Below, piece after piece: positions 33,410 to 42,605 of a stretch of 42,977 nt of DNA. Origin of the DNA: a virus (Duplodnaviria > Caudoviricetes). The position numbers were made by a program, and so were the translations under genes. The notes below the pieces were generated by a model. That model had not been told where the DNA came from. It was given only the letters and a program-made list of their open reading frames with translations, and did no database searches. Location: positions 1 through 42,977 of IMG/VR virus record IMGVR_UViG_3300044499_000026; one strand, written 5' to 3'. Within the stretch, counting starts at the first letter, position 1. Each line of letters starts with the position of its first letter.

Positions 33410-33975
33410 GTGGTCAGCCTTTCATAGAGCCGTTCCACCCGCAGCGCGTTCCTGGCCGTTACACGATCTTTATTAAACTGCAAAGCTACCCGCCCACTCC
33501 CGGTCCGTTTGTAGCCAAGCAGCTGCGCCAATCGCGTTTTGGTGTAGCCTTCCACGAGTAACAACCGAATGAGGTTCCAGGTCCGTGCCGCCTTCACATA
33601 CGACCGATCCGCGCGCGCGTCGGTATCGACGTTGAGCAGGCGCCGCGCTGATCGGGCCCGGATCCGTTGGCGGATCCCGCGCGTGAGCCCCTCGATGATA
33701 CCGGCGTTCACGTCCGAGGCCGCGGCGATCGTCTTCCTCCCGAGCCCGGCCCGTTGCAGCTTGCGCAGATGTCTGCGGACCGGCGCCGCGTCGATGATCC
33801 CATTCCAATCACCGTTCTTCCGAGCTCGTAATCGCTCGCACTCATAGCGCGTGTTCGCTTTGCGACAGTCGACACAGTGACAGCCGGCCATGTAGCGTAG
33901 TCGATCGCCGTGTGGCCGATTCGCTGCGAGTTCGGCCAACGGACGCAACCCGCGCTGTTGCAGCAGTGTGTTCAC
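33406..33975 (-). CDS. Zn-binding plus HTH protein
   Basis: HG...Y..GCHCVDCRKAN followed by DAAPVRRHL..L..AGLGRKTIAAAS. Confidence 0.7.
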   Translation of the reverse strand: MNTLLQQRGLRPLAELAANRPHGDRLRYMAGCHCVDCRKANTRYECERLRARKNGDWNGIIDAAPVRRHLRKLQRAGLGRKTIAAASDVNAGIIEGLTRGIRQRIRARSARRLLNVDTDARADRSYVKAARTWNLIRLLLVEGYTKTRLAQLLGYKRTGSGRVALQFNKDRVTARNALRVERLYERLTT

Positions 33976-35453
33976 TTGTCTCCCCAGTCCTCTCCCTCGG
34001 GGAGTCCCATCTCCCGATTCGCCTCTTCGCCGAGTTGGTCGGGCTTCAGGATCTTCGTGAGATCCACGCCCAGATGCTTCGCCAGCTTCGGAAACTTCTC
34101 AAAGGCGTCGTAATCCGTGGCCACACGACACAGAGCGAGCCCGGCCAGATGTCGGACCAGATCGTCCGCGGTTTTGCCACGCGGGATACTCGTCTTCGCC
34201 CGGCCCCAATCACTGAAGGCTTTCACCAGCAGATCCCCCAGCGGTCCGGTCGCTTTCACGGAGAGGCTCGGCAGCGTGGCGTCGATCGCCTTCAGCACGG
34301 TCGGCGCGCACTTCTCCCACTCCGCGCGTTTCCGCTTGAGGCGCTCGTAGTCGTCGTTCTGCCGTGTGCGTGCCGCATCCGCCGATCGATCCGCTTTCGA
34401 CACGGCAGCCGTATTCCCCTGTTCCCGATCCTTCGCGCGCTTCTCTCGAGCCCGGATCTCCGTGCCCCAGTGCACCAGGCATTTGTCCTTCCGCACACAT
34501 AACGCGAACGCCTGGCCGCGTCCCGGACCGGACGCAATCACCCCCAGCACGGCAAAGTCACAGACCGTCGAGTCCTCCTCCCCATCTGCCCTGGTCCAGG
34601 CCCGTTCTCCATAGACCTTCGCCTTGTCCGCGTGCCGGACGTCGTCCTGGGCCAGGTACTCGTGCGTGATTTCGATGATCTTCCGCTTCATCTCGGTCGC
34701 GTTCGTGATCTGCGCCACCGTCTCCGGGAACAACATCGGATCGACGTGCTGGCCGGTGAACCGGACATGCTCATCGATATAGGCCTGAAGCTCCCGGACA
34801 CTCACCGCTTTGACGTGCGGCTCGTCGCCCTGGTCCTCGTCGGGCAGGAACAGCCGATGCTCGGGTTTGAATAAGCCACCATCGGCGTACTCCTGTTTCT
34901 CCGTGCCGATCACCTTCGCTTGTTCAGTCGGCGTCAATCTGGCGAGCAAGATCGCATGCCCGGCGTCGATCATCCCGGACCAGAACAGATCGCGTGCCGG
35001 CTTCGTGAGGGCCAGCAGCTTGATTCGATCGTAGATGTACTTGACGGAACGTCCCACCTTCTCCGCGACCGTCTCGACTTTCATCTTGTACGGCGCCGCC
35101 ATGAGATCCGCATACCCCTTGGCCTCATCGAGCGGATGCAACCCTTCGTGCTGGAGATTTTCAATGTTCAACAACTCCATAAACGCCTGATCGGTCATCT
35201 CGCGCACGAGACACGGCACCAACGCGAGTTGGGCGAGCTTCGCCGCCCGATACCGGCGATGGCCCGCGCCGATTTCATACGAGGGCGCCGTGGGCGTCGA
35301 GTCAGCCGCCGGGCGCACGGTGAGCGGTGTGAGGATGCCGACTTGCGCGATGTTCGCCGCGAGCTGCCGGAGCTTCTCCGCATCGAAGTGCCGGCGCGGG
35401 TTATGGGTGGATTCATGGACTGCTTTTATGTCGATTTCGATCAGCTTCATCAT
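33972..35453 (-). CDS. ParB/RepB/Spo0J-family protein with long C-terminal extension
   Basis: NPRRHFD, GILTPLTVR, GHRRYRAA, ENLQ, LHPLDEA and HTH motifs. Confidence 0.9.
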   Translation of the reverse strand: MMKLIEIDIKAVHESTHNPRRHFDAEKLRQLAANIAQVGILTPLTVRPAADSTPTAPSYEIGAGHRRYRAAKLAQLALVPCLVREMTDQAFMELLNIENLQHEGLHPLDEAKGYADLMAAPYKMKVETVAEKVGRSVKYIYDRIKLLALTKPARDLFWSGMIDAGHAILLARLTPTEQAKVIGTEKQEYADGGLFKPEHRLFLPDEDQGDEPHVKAVSVRELQAYIDEHVRFTGQHVDPMLFPETVAQITNATEMKRKIIEITHEYLAQDDVRHADKAKVYGERAWTRADGEEDSTVCDFAVLGVIASGPGRGQAFALCVRKDKCLVHWGTEIRAREKRAKDREQGNTAAVSKADRSADAARTRQNDDYERLKRKRAEWEKCAPTVLKAIDATLPSLSVKATGPLGDLLVKAFSDWGRAKTSIPRGKTADDLVRHLAGLALCRVATDYDAFEKFPKLAKHLGVDLTKILKPDQLGEEANREMGLPEGEDWGDK

Positions 35454-35510
35454 GGGACCCTCCTTGAATGGGAATTAAAAGAGTCGGTCGTGTTGGGGAT
35501 GGCTTTCTCC

Positions 35511-35936
35511 TCAGAGCGACAACGGCGAGCCACCTTCGAGCCGGATCCGCACGCCGGGCACGGACAAGTGGTTCTCGTAGGTTTTTCGCGCGTTCACATG
35601 CACCACCTGCGCGTCGTCGGCATAGATCACGCCTTTCAAGGAATCTTTAATCGTGCGCAAAAGTTTATCCAAATCTGGCTTCTTTACATGGTCCACGACT
35701 TTCTTGGGCAGACTCTTGGGCCTGGGCAGCGTGAACCAGACGGTCAGATCCACCGGCCCTTGCCAGGGCCCGCCGGCGGGCGCGTGCTGTTGCGCGATGA
35801 GCGTGACCGTATTCGCCCATGGCTTGGTGCGGAGATTGTCCGCTGTCACGATCGGGTACTTCATGCCAGGCCGAAAGAATGCTTTGGTGCTGCCTTTCGG
35901 GATGGGCACGCCGAACACTTCAAATTCGATCTGCAT
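35511..35936 (-). CDS. rusA: RusA-family Holliday junction resolvase
   Basis: GVPIPKGS, KKPDLDKLLR..KDSL, YADDAQVV; start re-called at 35936. Confidence 0.9.
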   Translation of the reverse strand: MQIEFEVFGVPIPKGSTKAFFRPGMKYPIVTADNLRTKPWANTVTLIAQQHAPAGGPWQGPVDLTVWFTLPRPKSLPKKVVDHVKKPDLDKLLRTIKDSLKGVIYADDAQVVHVNARKTYENHLSVPGVRIRLEGGSPLSL

Positions 35937-35941
35937 GATCG

Positions 35942-36172
35942 TTACGCGCTCACCTTCCTGCTCCGCCGATACTGGACCATGTAGTCCAAACACACTTGAC
36001 AATGCTTCTTCGTCGTCACGGCCTTCCGTGCACAGTTCAAACATTTATCGATGCGCCAGTACGGCTCACGCGCGGGCTCCGGCAGCGGGTCGTTCTTCAT
36101 CCATCCACAGATGAGGCAGCGCGTCTCCTCGTACTGCGTCACCACTAATCCTCGACAGCGTGGGCACGTCAT
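35942..36172 (-). CDS. Small multi-CxxC zinc-ribbon protein
   Basis: MTCPRCRGL...RCLICG...CLNC...CQVC. Confidence 0.7.
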   Translation of the reverse strand: MTCPRCRGLVVTQYEETRCLICGWMKNDPLPEPAREPYWRIDKCLNCARKAVTTKKHCQVCLDYMVQYRRSRKVSA

Positions 36173-36174
36173 GG

Positions 36175-36486
36175 CTAGTCCGCCAGCTTCCTCGGGCTGT
36201 GCGCCCGCATCGTCTCCGCAATCCGCGCCGCTCCGTCGAGCTTGGCGTCTCCCAGGATCTCCGGATACTCAGGAATGCCGAACTTCTCCCGGACTGCATC
36301 GACGGCCTGCACCATCGTCAGGCCCGCGTCCATGTGGGTACGGACCCGCAGCTGCGTCATCGTCCAGAAGTCCACGCAGAGGTCGGCGGTGATGTCTTGG
36401 GCAATGAGCGTGAACGAGGGCATGCCCGTGGCCTTCGCTTTCTCGTAACAGGTCTGTTCTCGTGTTTCGTCGGCTGTCTGATCCAT
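36175..36486 (-). CDS. Hypothetical phage protein
   Basis: CYEKA...PSFTLIAQD..A...V..W...RKLAD pattern; AAGGA RBS. Confidence 0.7.
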   Translation of the reverse strand: MDQTADETREQTCYEKAKATGMPSFTLIAQDITADLCVDFWTMTQLRVRTHMDAGLTMVQAVDAVREKFGIPEYPEILGDAKLDGAARIAETMRAHSPRKLAD

Positions 36487-36501
36487 AGAGCTGCATCCTT
36501 T

Positions 36502-37143
36502 CTATTCGTTCGTCAGGGCCTGCTCAATCGTTATGCCGCGAGCCAGTCGATGGCGCACCGTATCGGCCTTCACGCCATACTCCTCAGCCCACGCTGCCAC
36601 CGATTGGCTTCGCCCATTCATCGTGATGATCTTGCTCGTGCGTCGGTTGCGCGCTTGTTGTATTTTGATGGCCCACTGACAGTTCCCAGGTTCGTAGTTC
36701 CCGTTGTTGTCTTTCCGGTCGATCGAGTGTTCCGGCGTCGGCTTAGGACCCATGTCAGTAAAGAACACTTCGAAGCGTCGCCATGGCTCACATACAGTGA
36801 TCCCTCGCCCTCCATAGTTCGGATAGTTCTTGCAGTTCGAGTCGAAACAGCGAGTCTGCATGGACATCCAGGCGCGCCACTCAGAGGTGATACGGCCCTG
36901 GCGTGCCTGCCCATGCGTGGCATTGGATTGCCCCACTTGCGCCATGTTGTCCCGCACTTCACGCAAACGACAGCCGCAGGAAGTGGTATCTCCAGACTTT
37001 AGGCAGCTGCCCGCGACGATCTTCTCCGTGCCGCAATCACACCGGCATAGCCACATCACATGACCGTGCCGCGTTCCCTCTGCGCGTTCCAGCACCACAA
37101 GCCTCCCAAACCGTTGTCCGTGCAAATCGCGAGTGGGACTCAT
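36502..37143 (-). CDS. HNH-like (His-Me finger) putative homing endonuclease
   Basis: GQRFGRLVVL, WLCRCDCG, SCGC, YGGRGITVC, SIDRKDNNGNYEPGNCQWA motifs. Confidence 0.85.
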   Translation of the reverse strand: MSPTRDLHGQRFGRLVVLERAEGTRHGHVMWLCRCDCGTEKIVAGSCLKSGDTTSCGCRLREVRDNMAQVGQSNATHGQARQGRITSEWRAWMSMQTRCFDSNCKNYPNYGGRGITVCEPWRRFEVFFTDMGPKPTPEHSIDRKDNNGNYEPGNCQWAIKIQQARNRRTSKIITMNGRSQSVAAWAEEYGVKADTVRHRLARGITIEQALTNE

Positions 37144-38273
37144 CGTGGGTCTTCTTTTACGAACACTTCAAATCTCAAACCTTCTCGTTTCGCCATATCT
37201 TGGCAAGAAAGAATGAACCCGCGCCTCTCGTGTGGCTTCAGATGCCCGAGGTTCCCGATCCCCATCTTGTCCTTCACCGTTTTCTTGAGCTTCGCCCGGT
37301 CCAGATTGTCGTCGACGTACTCGATGAACTCGTGCCAGAGCACGTCGTCGACCGGCTCGGGCGCGGTCTCCAGCGGGAGTTGCCCGGCTGATTTGGTCTC
37401 AGCCGGTGCAGTGGTGGTCGTAGCGGGCTCTTTGAGTTTGTCCCGGATCTCGTCCATCTTCGTCGTCTCGGCTTCGCTCTGGCTGTTGGAGGTGGACAGC
37501 GTCTCGCTCTCGTCGACTTCGCCAGTCAACGCCGCGAGGCCTTGCGGAATCCCGCTCTCCCCGAGCTCATCGAGCGCCACCGCGGCTTGCAGTTCGATCG
37601 ACGCCGGGAGCATCTTGCAGAGGCGGCGCAGCGGCGTTTTCATGCCCATCTCCCTGAAATTGGTCACCCATGGCCCCTCCTGTGCGGCTTTGGAATAGTG
37701 ATCCCGATGCTCTTCGACCTCCGCCTTACTCATCACGTCGAATTGCACCCCGCCGTCCTTCATGCGGGCCACGGCATAGAAGTATTCGATCTCCCCGCGT
37801 CCGCTCTTGGCCGGTTTGTGAATCAGCACCGGGTTACTGCCGTAGGCATATTCAAACTTGTCCCCGGTCCGGACTTCATGCACATCGATGATGGAGATTT
37901 CCCCGGACCGCCGCGCCAGCACCAGCAGGCCCTTGTAGCCAGGGATCAGCTGGATCTCCATGCGATTGCGTTTGCGATTGTTGAACGGGACGAGGTAGGC
38001 GTGGCCTAACACACTGTTGGGTTCGAGTCCCAATTGTCCGCACTGTAGGAGCGCCCCCATCATGGAGGATGGCGTACACTCGAGCAGCTTGGGATTCTTC
38101 GCCACTTCGGTGAGCACGACTCGGATGAACCGGTCGACCTTGAGGACCTTCGGCAAGATGGCTTCGAGCGTGGCCCGGTTCGACTGGATGAAGTCCTTGC
38201 AGCTGGTAAATTGTCTGTCCTTTTCAGCCTCGTGACTGGGGGCCGGTTGTGGTGGGGCTTGGGTCGTTGTCAT
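37140..38273 (-). CDS. recT: RecT-family single-strand annealing protein
   Basis: LLEC..SMMGALLQCGQLGLEP...AYLVPF...PGYKGL..LARRSG...PWVTNFREMGMKT. Confidence 0.93.
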   Translation of the reverse strand: MTTTQAPPQPAPSHEAEKDRQFTSCKDFIQSNRATLEAILPKVLKVDRFIRVVLTEVAKNPKLLECTPSSMMGALLQCGQLGLEPNSVLGHAYLVPFNNRKRNRMEIQLIPGYKGLLVLARRSGEISIIDVHEVRTGDKFEYAYGSNPVLIHKPAKSGRGEIEYFYAVARMKDGGVQFDVMSKAEVEEHRDHYSKAAQEGPWVTNFREMGMKTPLRRLCKMLPASIELQAAVALDELGESGIPQGLAALTGEVDESETLSTSNSQSEAETTKMDEIRDKLKEPATTTTAPAETKSAGQLPLETAPEPVDDVLWHEFIEYVDDNLDRAKLKKTVKDKMGIGNLGHLKPHERRGFILSCQDMAKREGLRFEVFVKEDPR

Positions 38274-38315
38274 GATGCGCTCCCTTTCGTTCGTGGTGGA
38301 CTAGTTGGTCAGTGG

Positions 38316-39047
38316 TTAGGCGACACAGGCTAACGCCGCCTCGACGCGCTTCTGGGCCCATCGGCACAGCTCACATCCTGGGTGCGGGTCAGGCTGTCCC
38401 CCACTCAGGATCTCCGTGCCGCGGCAGATCAACTCAAAACCACGCTCGTAACTCGATTCAAGCACCTGGACATCGGCACCAAAGGACATATCCTTCGGAC
38501 TCGGCACTGTCGGCGCTGGGATGGTCTCCCCGTCATAGTCCAAGAGTTCTTCGGGGTACAAAAACACGAAGTAGGTTTCACCGGCTGGCGTCATCCCGCT
38601 CGCTTGCAGGTGCACATGGTAGATGTCGCTCTGGACGGTGTTGTAGCGTGCGGCATAGCCCGCGTCAGGGGCTGAGCCGCGCGTCTTCCAATCCAACGGC
38701 GCGATGCCGTTCGGGACCGAGAGCAGATCATCGAAGGCATTGATGAGGCTTACGCGCCCAGAGGGGGTATCGATGATCGGCTTGGTGTTGCTTTGCCATG
38801 TGCGCTTGCGCTTGATCTCCGCCTCTGTCCCCCACAGAGTTCCAGGGATCTTGCCCTCCAGAAACTTCGGCAACCGGCCACGATACTTATCCGCGTAGGT
38901 TTTCATCACCCGATCAATCCCGCCTGGGAGTGAGGGGAAGATGCCACGCGGTCGTTCGATCTTCAGTTTCCCGTAGTCGTAGAAGCAGCGGGGACACTCC
39001 TTCAACAGGGACAGTTTGCTGGCACTCAGGCTAAATTCATAATCCAT
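38316..39047 (-). CDS. PD-(D/E)XK nuclease (RecB/Cas4-like), probable RecT partner
   Basis: LSASKL...ECPRCFY, FDDLL...PLDWKT, Q..IY, C-terminal CELC; start re-called at 39047. Confidence 0.85.
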   Translation of the reverse strand: MDYEFSLSASKLSLLKECPRCFYDYGKLKIERPRGIFPSLPGGIDRVMKTYADKYRGRLPKFLEGKIPGTLWGTEAEIKRKRTWQSNTKPIIDTPSGRVSLINAFDDLLSVPNGIAPLDWKTRGSAPDAGYAARYNTVQSDIYHVHLQASGMTPAGETYFVFLYPEELLDYDGETIPAPTVPSPKDMSFGADVQVLESSYERGFELICRGTEILSGGQPDPHPGCELCRWAQKRVEAALACVA

Positions 39048-39468
39048 GGCTCGCCTCCTTGGTTGGTGATGGTTTCGATGAGGGTGTGACCGGTGGCATC
39101 GGGGACTTCTTCTTGAGTGATTCCTTTTCTTTGGGCTCAAGCGCCCGCTCCTCGACCTTGTCGCCGGTGTCCTCGCGGTAGATCGTGACGGTGTTCTGAT
39201 CGAAATCGATGACTTGCCTACACGCGATCTCTTTCATCTCGAAATTGTTGTTGATCGCTTCCGCGGCGATGGTTTGTTTGTGCTGCGCTTCGACGATCTG
39301 CGCTTTCAGGCTCGTCTGGACGCGCTTCATGTGCTCGGTGATGCGGATCTCCTCGCCTCGAAACTTCGCCATCTCATCGGCCAAAGCGTTCTTCCGATAT
39401 TGATCCAGCCTCACTGGCAGATGCCGCGTGATGAGGAGCCCCTTGGTTTCTTCAGTAGCCGTGGTCAT
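39037..39468 (-). CDS. Conserved-type hypothetical phage protein
   Basis: LPVRL...coiled coil...R.DTG.KVEER pattern. Confidence 0.75.
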   Translation of the reverse strand: MTTATEETKGLLITRHLPVRLDQYRKNALADEMAKFRGEEIRITEHMKRVQTSLKAQIVEAQHKQTIAAEAINNNFEMKEIACRQVIDFDQNTVTIYREDTGDKVEERALEPKEKESLKKKSPMPPVTPSSKPSPTKEASHGL

Positions 39469-39650
39469 GTCGTCACCTCCTCAAGGTGCACGAACCGAAC
39501 CCATGCTCGGAGTTCCATCACCTTCTTGCAGTGATAGGGCCATTCTTCGCCATCGATCGGTTCTTGCCTGTGGATACATACGCGACAGCGCCATCGGAGA
39601 CCGGTGTCGAGGCCAATCGTTTTAGGTTTCTCGTCGATGCCCGTGTTCAT
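39465..39650 (-). CDS. Small zinc-ribbon protein
   Basis: WRCRVC...HCKKVM; coupled on both sides. Confidence 0.6.
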   Translation of the reverse strand: MNTGIDEKPKTIGLDTGLRWRCRVCIHRQEPIDGEEWPYHCKKVMELRAWVRFVHLEEVTT

Positions 39651-40261
39651 GTCAGGGTCCTCCAGCGGAGCAGGTTGACCTCACATTGCAAGGCGACAAC
39701 CGCATTCTCCAACGCGGCCTCGTGCAGCGGCTCCCGATACACTGGGAGGTAATCGTAAGTGCCGTCCGCGTGGATGTAGAGCTGGTGCATCGTCTGGACA
39801 TCCCTGTACTCCTCGAGGGTGCGGTAGCCATTCAACTGCGCTTCGTGAATGCGCTGTTTGATCCCGGTCTTCAGATCCGGCATGTCAAGTTTCTTGGCGA
39901 TCCAGAGCTTGGCGTCTGGGGTGCCTGCGACGTTCCACTTGTCATTGACGGAGGACTCCTCCAAGAGAATCGGCTCCGGTCGGTGGTCGGCGATGAACTT
40001 GCCGATCGCGTCGTAGAAGCCCGCATAGGCCTGTGGGCGCTCAGGGACTTGACAGAGCCCCTTGAGGGATGCCAACCAGTAAAAGAAAATCAGATGCAAA
40101 TCGGTCCCCCGCTGTCGCGCCGCTTCCAACACCGCCTCTCCCACATAGGCATAGACATTCGGGTCCAGCTTTTTTAAGAGCTGACTCGTGGAGAAATACG
40201 GCTTCTTAGTGATCGGGTGGCAGTATTCGAATTGCGCACCCCTCGTGCACAGGAGTTTCAT
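39647..40261 (-). CDS. Second PD-(D/E)XK-like exonuclease
   Basis: STSQLL, RGTDLH, AGTPD, DLKTG and QLNGY motifs. Confidence 0.8.
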   Translation of the reverse strand: MKLLCTRGAQFEYCHPITKKPYFSTSQLLKKLDPNVYAYVGEAVLEAARQRGTDLHLIFFYWLASLKGLCQVPERPQAYAGFYDAIGKFIADHRPEPILLEESSVNDKWNVAGTPDAKLWIAKKLDMPDLKTGIKQRIHEAQLNGYRTLEEYRDVQTMHQLYIHADGTYDYLPVYREPLHEAALENAVVALQCEVNLLRWRTLT

Positions 40262-40292
40262 GCTGAGACATCCTCTAGGATGAGTGCCATGG

Positions 40293-41000
40293 TCACCCCC
40301 GGCTGGTGTAATCGAATTCTTCTTCGACGAGGAGGCCCTGCGCCCTGAGCATCTCGTCCATGCCGGCGATGTTGGCGAGCTTCTTCAGCTGCGGCCAATT
40401 GACCAGAAGGTTGGCCCGCTCGATCTTGAGGAGGCGGGGATCGTTCGCCGGGATCGGCTTCGGATCTTCGTCCGGGCCCAACCCTGGCAGCTTGCAGACC
40501 TTCACCGTTTTCCGAGAACTGGAGAGGCCGTCGTCGGTCTTGATGGTCTTCGCCACCGCCGCCACGATCGGCGCCGCTTTGAGGATCGGCCGCACGCCCG
40601 TTTTCTCGGCGTGGACGATGATGTCTTGGTTCCGGTTGTCCGTCCTGATGTTCACTTTGGCTTGATTCTCGCGCGCGAGGCGGAGTTGCTGCGTGTCATA
40701 CATCCCCATCCGCTTCGAGACGAACGTCTCCCAATCGTCCAAGGTCTTGATGGTGATCGTGTAGGGCGCACGGAGTTCCTCGACCTTCTTCATCATGGAG
40801 AGTAATTGCACATCTTCTTTTTGTTGGCGTTGCGTCTCGCGCCGTTCGGCGCCGAGTTGGGCATGGAGTTCCCCGGCACTCGTCCGCTGGTCGACGGTCT
40901 CAATGGTGGTGACGGCTTTGGCGAGATCGATCAAGCGCCGGACTTTCACCGGGACGCGCTCATCGACGAGTTCGAGCGCGGGGCTGTGGGGTAGGTGCAT
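40293..41000 (-). CDS. Coiled-coil phage protein of the recombination module
   Basis: Start re-called at 41000 (AAGGAGG); long helical region. Confidence 0.7.
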   Translation of the reverse strand: MHLPHSPALELVDERVPVKVRRLIDLAKAVTTIETVDQRTSAGELHAQLGAERRETQRQQKEDVQLLSMMKKVEELRAPYTITIKTLDDWETFVSKRMGMYDTQQLRLARENQAKVNIRTDNRNQDIIVHAEKTGVRPILKAAPIVAAVAKTIKTDDGLSSSRKTVKVCKLPGLGPDEDPKPIPANDPRLLKIERANLLVNWPQLKKLANIAGMDEMLRAQGLLVEEEFDYTSRG

Positions 41001-41014
41001 GATGGGGGCCCTCC

Positions 41015-41179
41015 TTATGAACAATAAATGACGAGTACAAGCGTCCAGACAATCAGATTCGCAATCAGCCCGACGAGGATCTCCGACATCGCGTCCTGTT
41101 GCGCCTCGGTCGGCTCGGGCCATTCGCGGAGCTGAATCCGGCGCAGCACATAGACGAGGAGGAGGCCGTCAGCCGTCAT
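41015..41179 (-). CDS. Small membrane protein
   Basis: ATGA-coupled start at 41179; C-terminal TM helix. Confidence 0.5.
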   Translation of the reverse strand: MTADGLLLVYVLRRIQLREWPEPTEAQQDAMSEILVGLIANLIVWTLVLVIYCS

Positions 41180-41373
41180 GGCTTTTTGTCGGCTCCTTCC
41201 ATAATTGATTTCAGCAGCAAAACAAGGATCAGAAACGGGACATAGACCCAGAACAAGAACCACATCAGATCACTCGCCTCGACCGCCCGAAGAATTTTAT
41301 AGAGGAGATAAAACCAGATCGGTATGGTAATACAGACGGTCAACACCGACGTGATAAATTTCATGGATTTCAT
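41176..41373 (-). CDS. Small two-TM membrane protein
   Basis: Two hydrophobic helices; ATGA-coupled start at 41373. Confidence 0.65.
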   Translation of the reverse strand: MKSMKFITSVLTVCITIPIWFYLLYKILRAVEASDLMWFLFWVYVPFLILVLLLKSIMEGADKKP

Positions 41374-41579
41374 CGCGTCACCCACCAGGCCAGCAGGCCA
41401 CAGAGCGTGAGCATACTGATGAGGCTGATCGCGAACGCCTTCAGCGCCCCCTTCGAGAGGCCCGGCTTCTGCGTGGGAATCGGGGGACAGTTCGCCTGCT
41501 CCAGTTCAAAGGGATCGAGCGGGATCCTGCGCACGTTGGGACGCTTCGGTTCAATGAGCGCACGTGGGCGGGTGGGCAT
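41370..41579 (-). CDS. Small protein with C-terminal TM helix
   Basis: GAGG RBS; basic Pro-rich N-terminus and hydrophobic C-terminus. Confidence 0.6.
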   Translation of the reverse strand: MPTRPRALIEPKRPNVRRIPLDPFELEQANCPPIPTQKPGLSKGALKAFAISLISMLTLCGLLAWWVTR

Positions 41580-41583
41580 GGCA

Positions 41584-41733
41584 TTACCTCTCTTGTTTAG
41601 GCCGTGGATGGTCTGCGTTCCATCGAGACCATCGGCAGGCCGTGGAACAAAAACGCTGCTTCACCCGGCGCGGCTGAAAGGGCGTCTTGCACCAGGCGCA
41701 GGCTTTCGCCCTAAAGACGGTCGGCTTGGTCAT
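41584..41733 (-). CDS. 49-aa zinc-finger protein (not in the ORF track)
   Basis: Translated by hand: MTKPTVFRAKACAWCKTPFQPRRVKQRFCSTACRWSRWNADHPRPKQER; GAGG RBS. Confidence 0.7.
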   Translation of the reverse strand: MTKPTVFRAKACAWCKTPFQPRRVKQRFCSTACRWSRWNADHPRPKQER

Positions 41734-41804
41734 TTCGAGGCCTCACGAAGCGTAGCAACGCGGTATTCGGTACAAATTGACGAGTCTCAGTGTCACACCT
41801 TCGT

Positions 41805-42194
41805 TCAAACCGAGACTTCTGGCTCAAATTCCATGGCTAACTGCCCTACGAAGGCTTTGAACCCGGCTGCACCTCTTGTCATCCTGATGAGCCTAGCGAG
41901 ACTCCGTATCCGTGCTTCGTACTGGCGGCACGTCGCCTCAACCTCACTAGGCGTTTCCGGCCAGAACCAACCATGCGAGGATCCGCAGGAACTCCCGACC
42001 AGATGCCCCGCCTCGACCGCCGCCGCCTTGACGAGTTGCGCCCTCCTCTGCCCGGCCTTGTTTCTGTCGAATCCCAGCCGCCCCGCCATGTCGGCGACAC
42101 TGATCGCCTGGGCCAGGCCGCGATGGGTGGAGAGGATGGCGAGGAAGCGTGGCAGCAGATCTTCGATCGAAGCGGTGACGAGGAGGGTACTCAT
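41805..42194 (-). CDS. Winged-HTH DNA-binding protein
   Basis: H.G...AISVADMA.RLG...G.LVGS.....GWFW..T..E pattern; ATGA-coupled. Confidence 0.7.
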   Translation of the reverse strand: MSTLLVTASIEDLLPRFLAILSTHRGLAQAISVADMAGRLGFDRNKAGQRRAQLVKAAAVEAGHLVGSSCGSSHGWFWPETPSEVEATCRQYEARIRSLARLIRMTRGAAGFKAFVGQLAMEFEPEVSV

Positions 42195-42457
42195 GCGACT
42201 CGTGCCTTGCCGTTGGCAGACTTCTCGATCGGTTCAAACAGATCAGCTTTACTTACCCCAACGAGACGCCCTAGCCTGATAAAGCGTGGGTCGTTCACCC
42301 TGACTTTTCTCCGGCGGTGCATCACCAACGAGAGGGTCGAAGAATCGAGTCCGGCATCCGCAGCCAGGTCACACATTCGCCTTTTATTCAGCTTCACACT
42401 CTCGTATAACTGGCGGCTAATATGGGTTTGCGGGGCCATGAGATCGTTGTAACGCAT
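42191..42457 (-). CDS. Cro/XRE-like HTH regulator, first gene of the leftward (lytic) operon
   Basis: MCDLAADAGLDSSTLSLVMHRRR...RLGRLVGVSKADLF; start re-called at 42457 (GGAGG). Confidence 0.75.
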   Translation of the reverse strand: MRYNDLMAPQTHISRQLYESVKLNKRRMCDLAADAGLDSSTLSLVMHRRRKVRVNDPRFIRLGRLVGVSKADLFEPIEKSANGKARVA

Positions 42458-42479
42458 ATGTCTACCTCCTATGTTCCGC

Positions 42480-42509
42480 AATCTATACCCCATAAGTAGG
42501 AACTGTCAA
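42480..42509 (-). promoter_or_regulatory. Leftward sigma70-type promoter
   Basis: TTGACA (42509-42504), 18-bp spacer, TAGATT (42485-42480). Confidence 0.7.
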
Positions 42510-42531
42510 GACCTATTTTGCGGCAAAGAAT

Positions 42532-42561
42532 TTGACAGGCCTACGCCATCGGCGGTATAGT
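42532..42561 (+). promoter_or_regulatory. Rightward sigma70-type promoter
   Basis: TTGACA (42532-42537), 18-bp spacer, TATAGT (42556-42561). Confidence 0.75.
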
Positions 42562-42605
42562 TGGAATCGGCGGGGCATCAATCTGCCCGCTAGGAGGAGG
42601 TGAGA

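Noticed and set aside
41580-41805. Apparent 225-bp intergenic region with hairpins (candidate ncRNA)
   Set aside because: Mostly explained by a 49-aa zinc-finger ORF (41584-41733) that is below the ORF-track cutoff.
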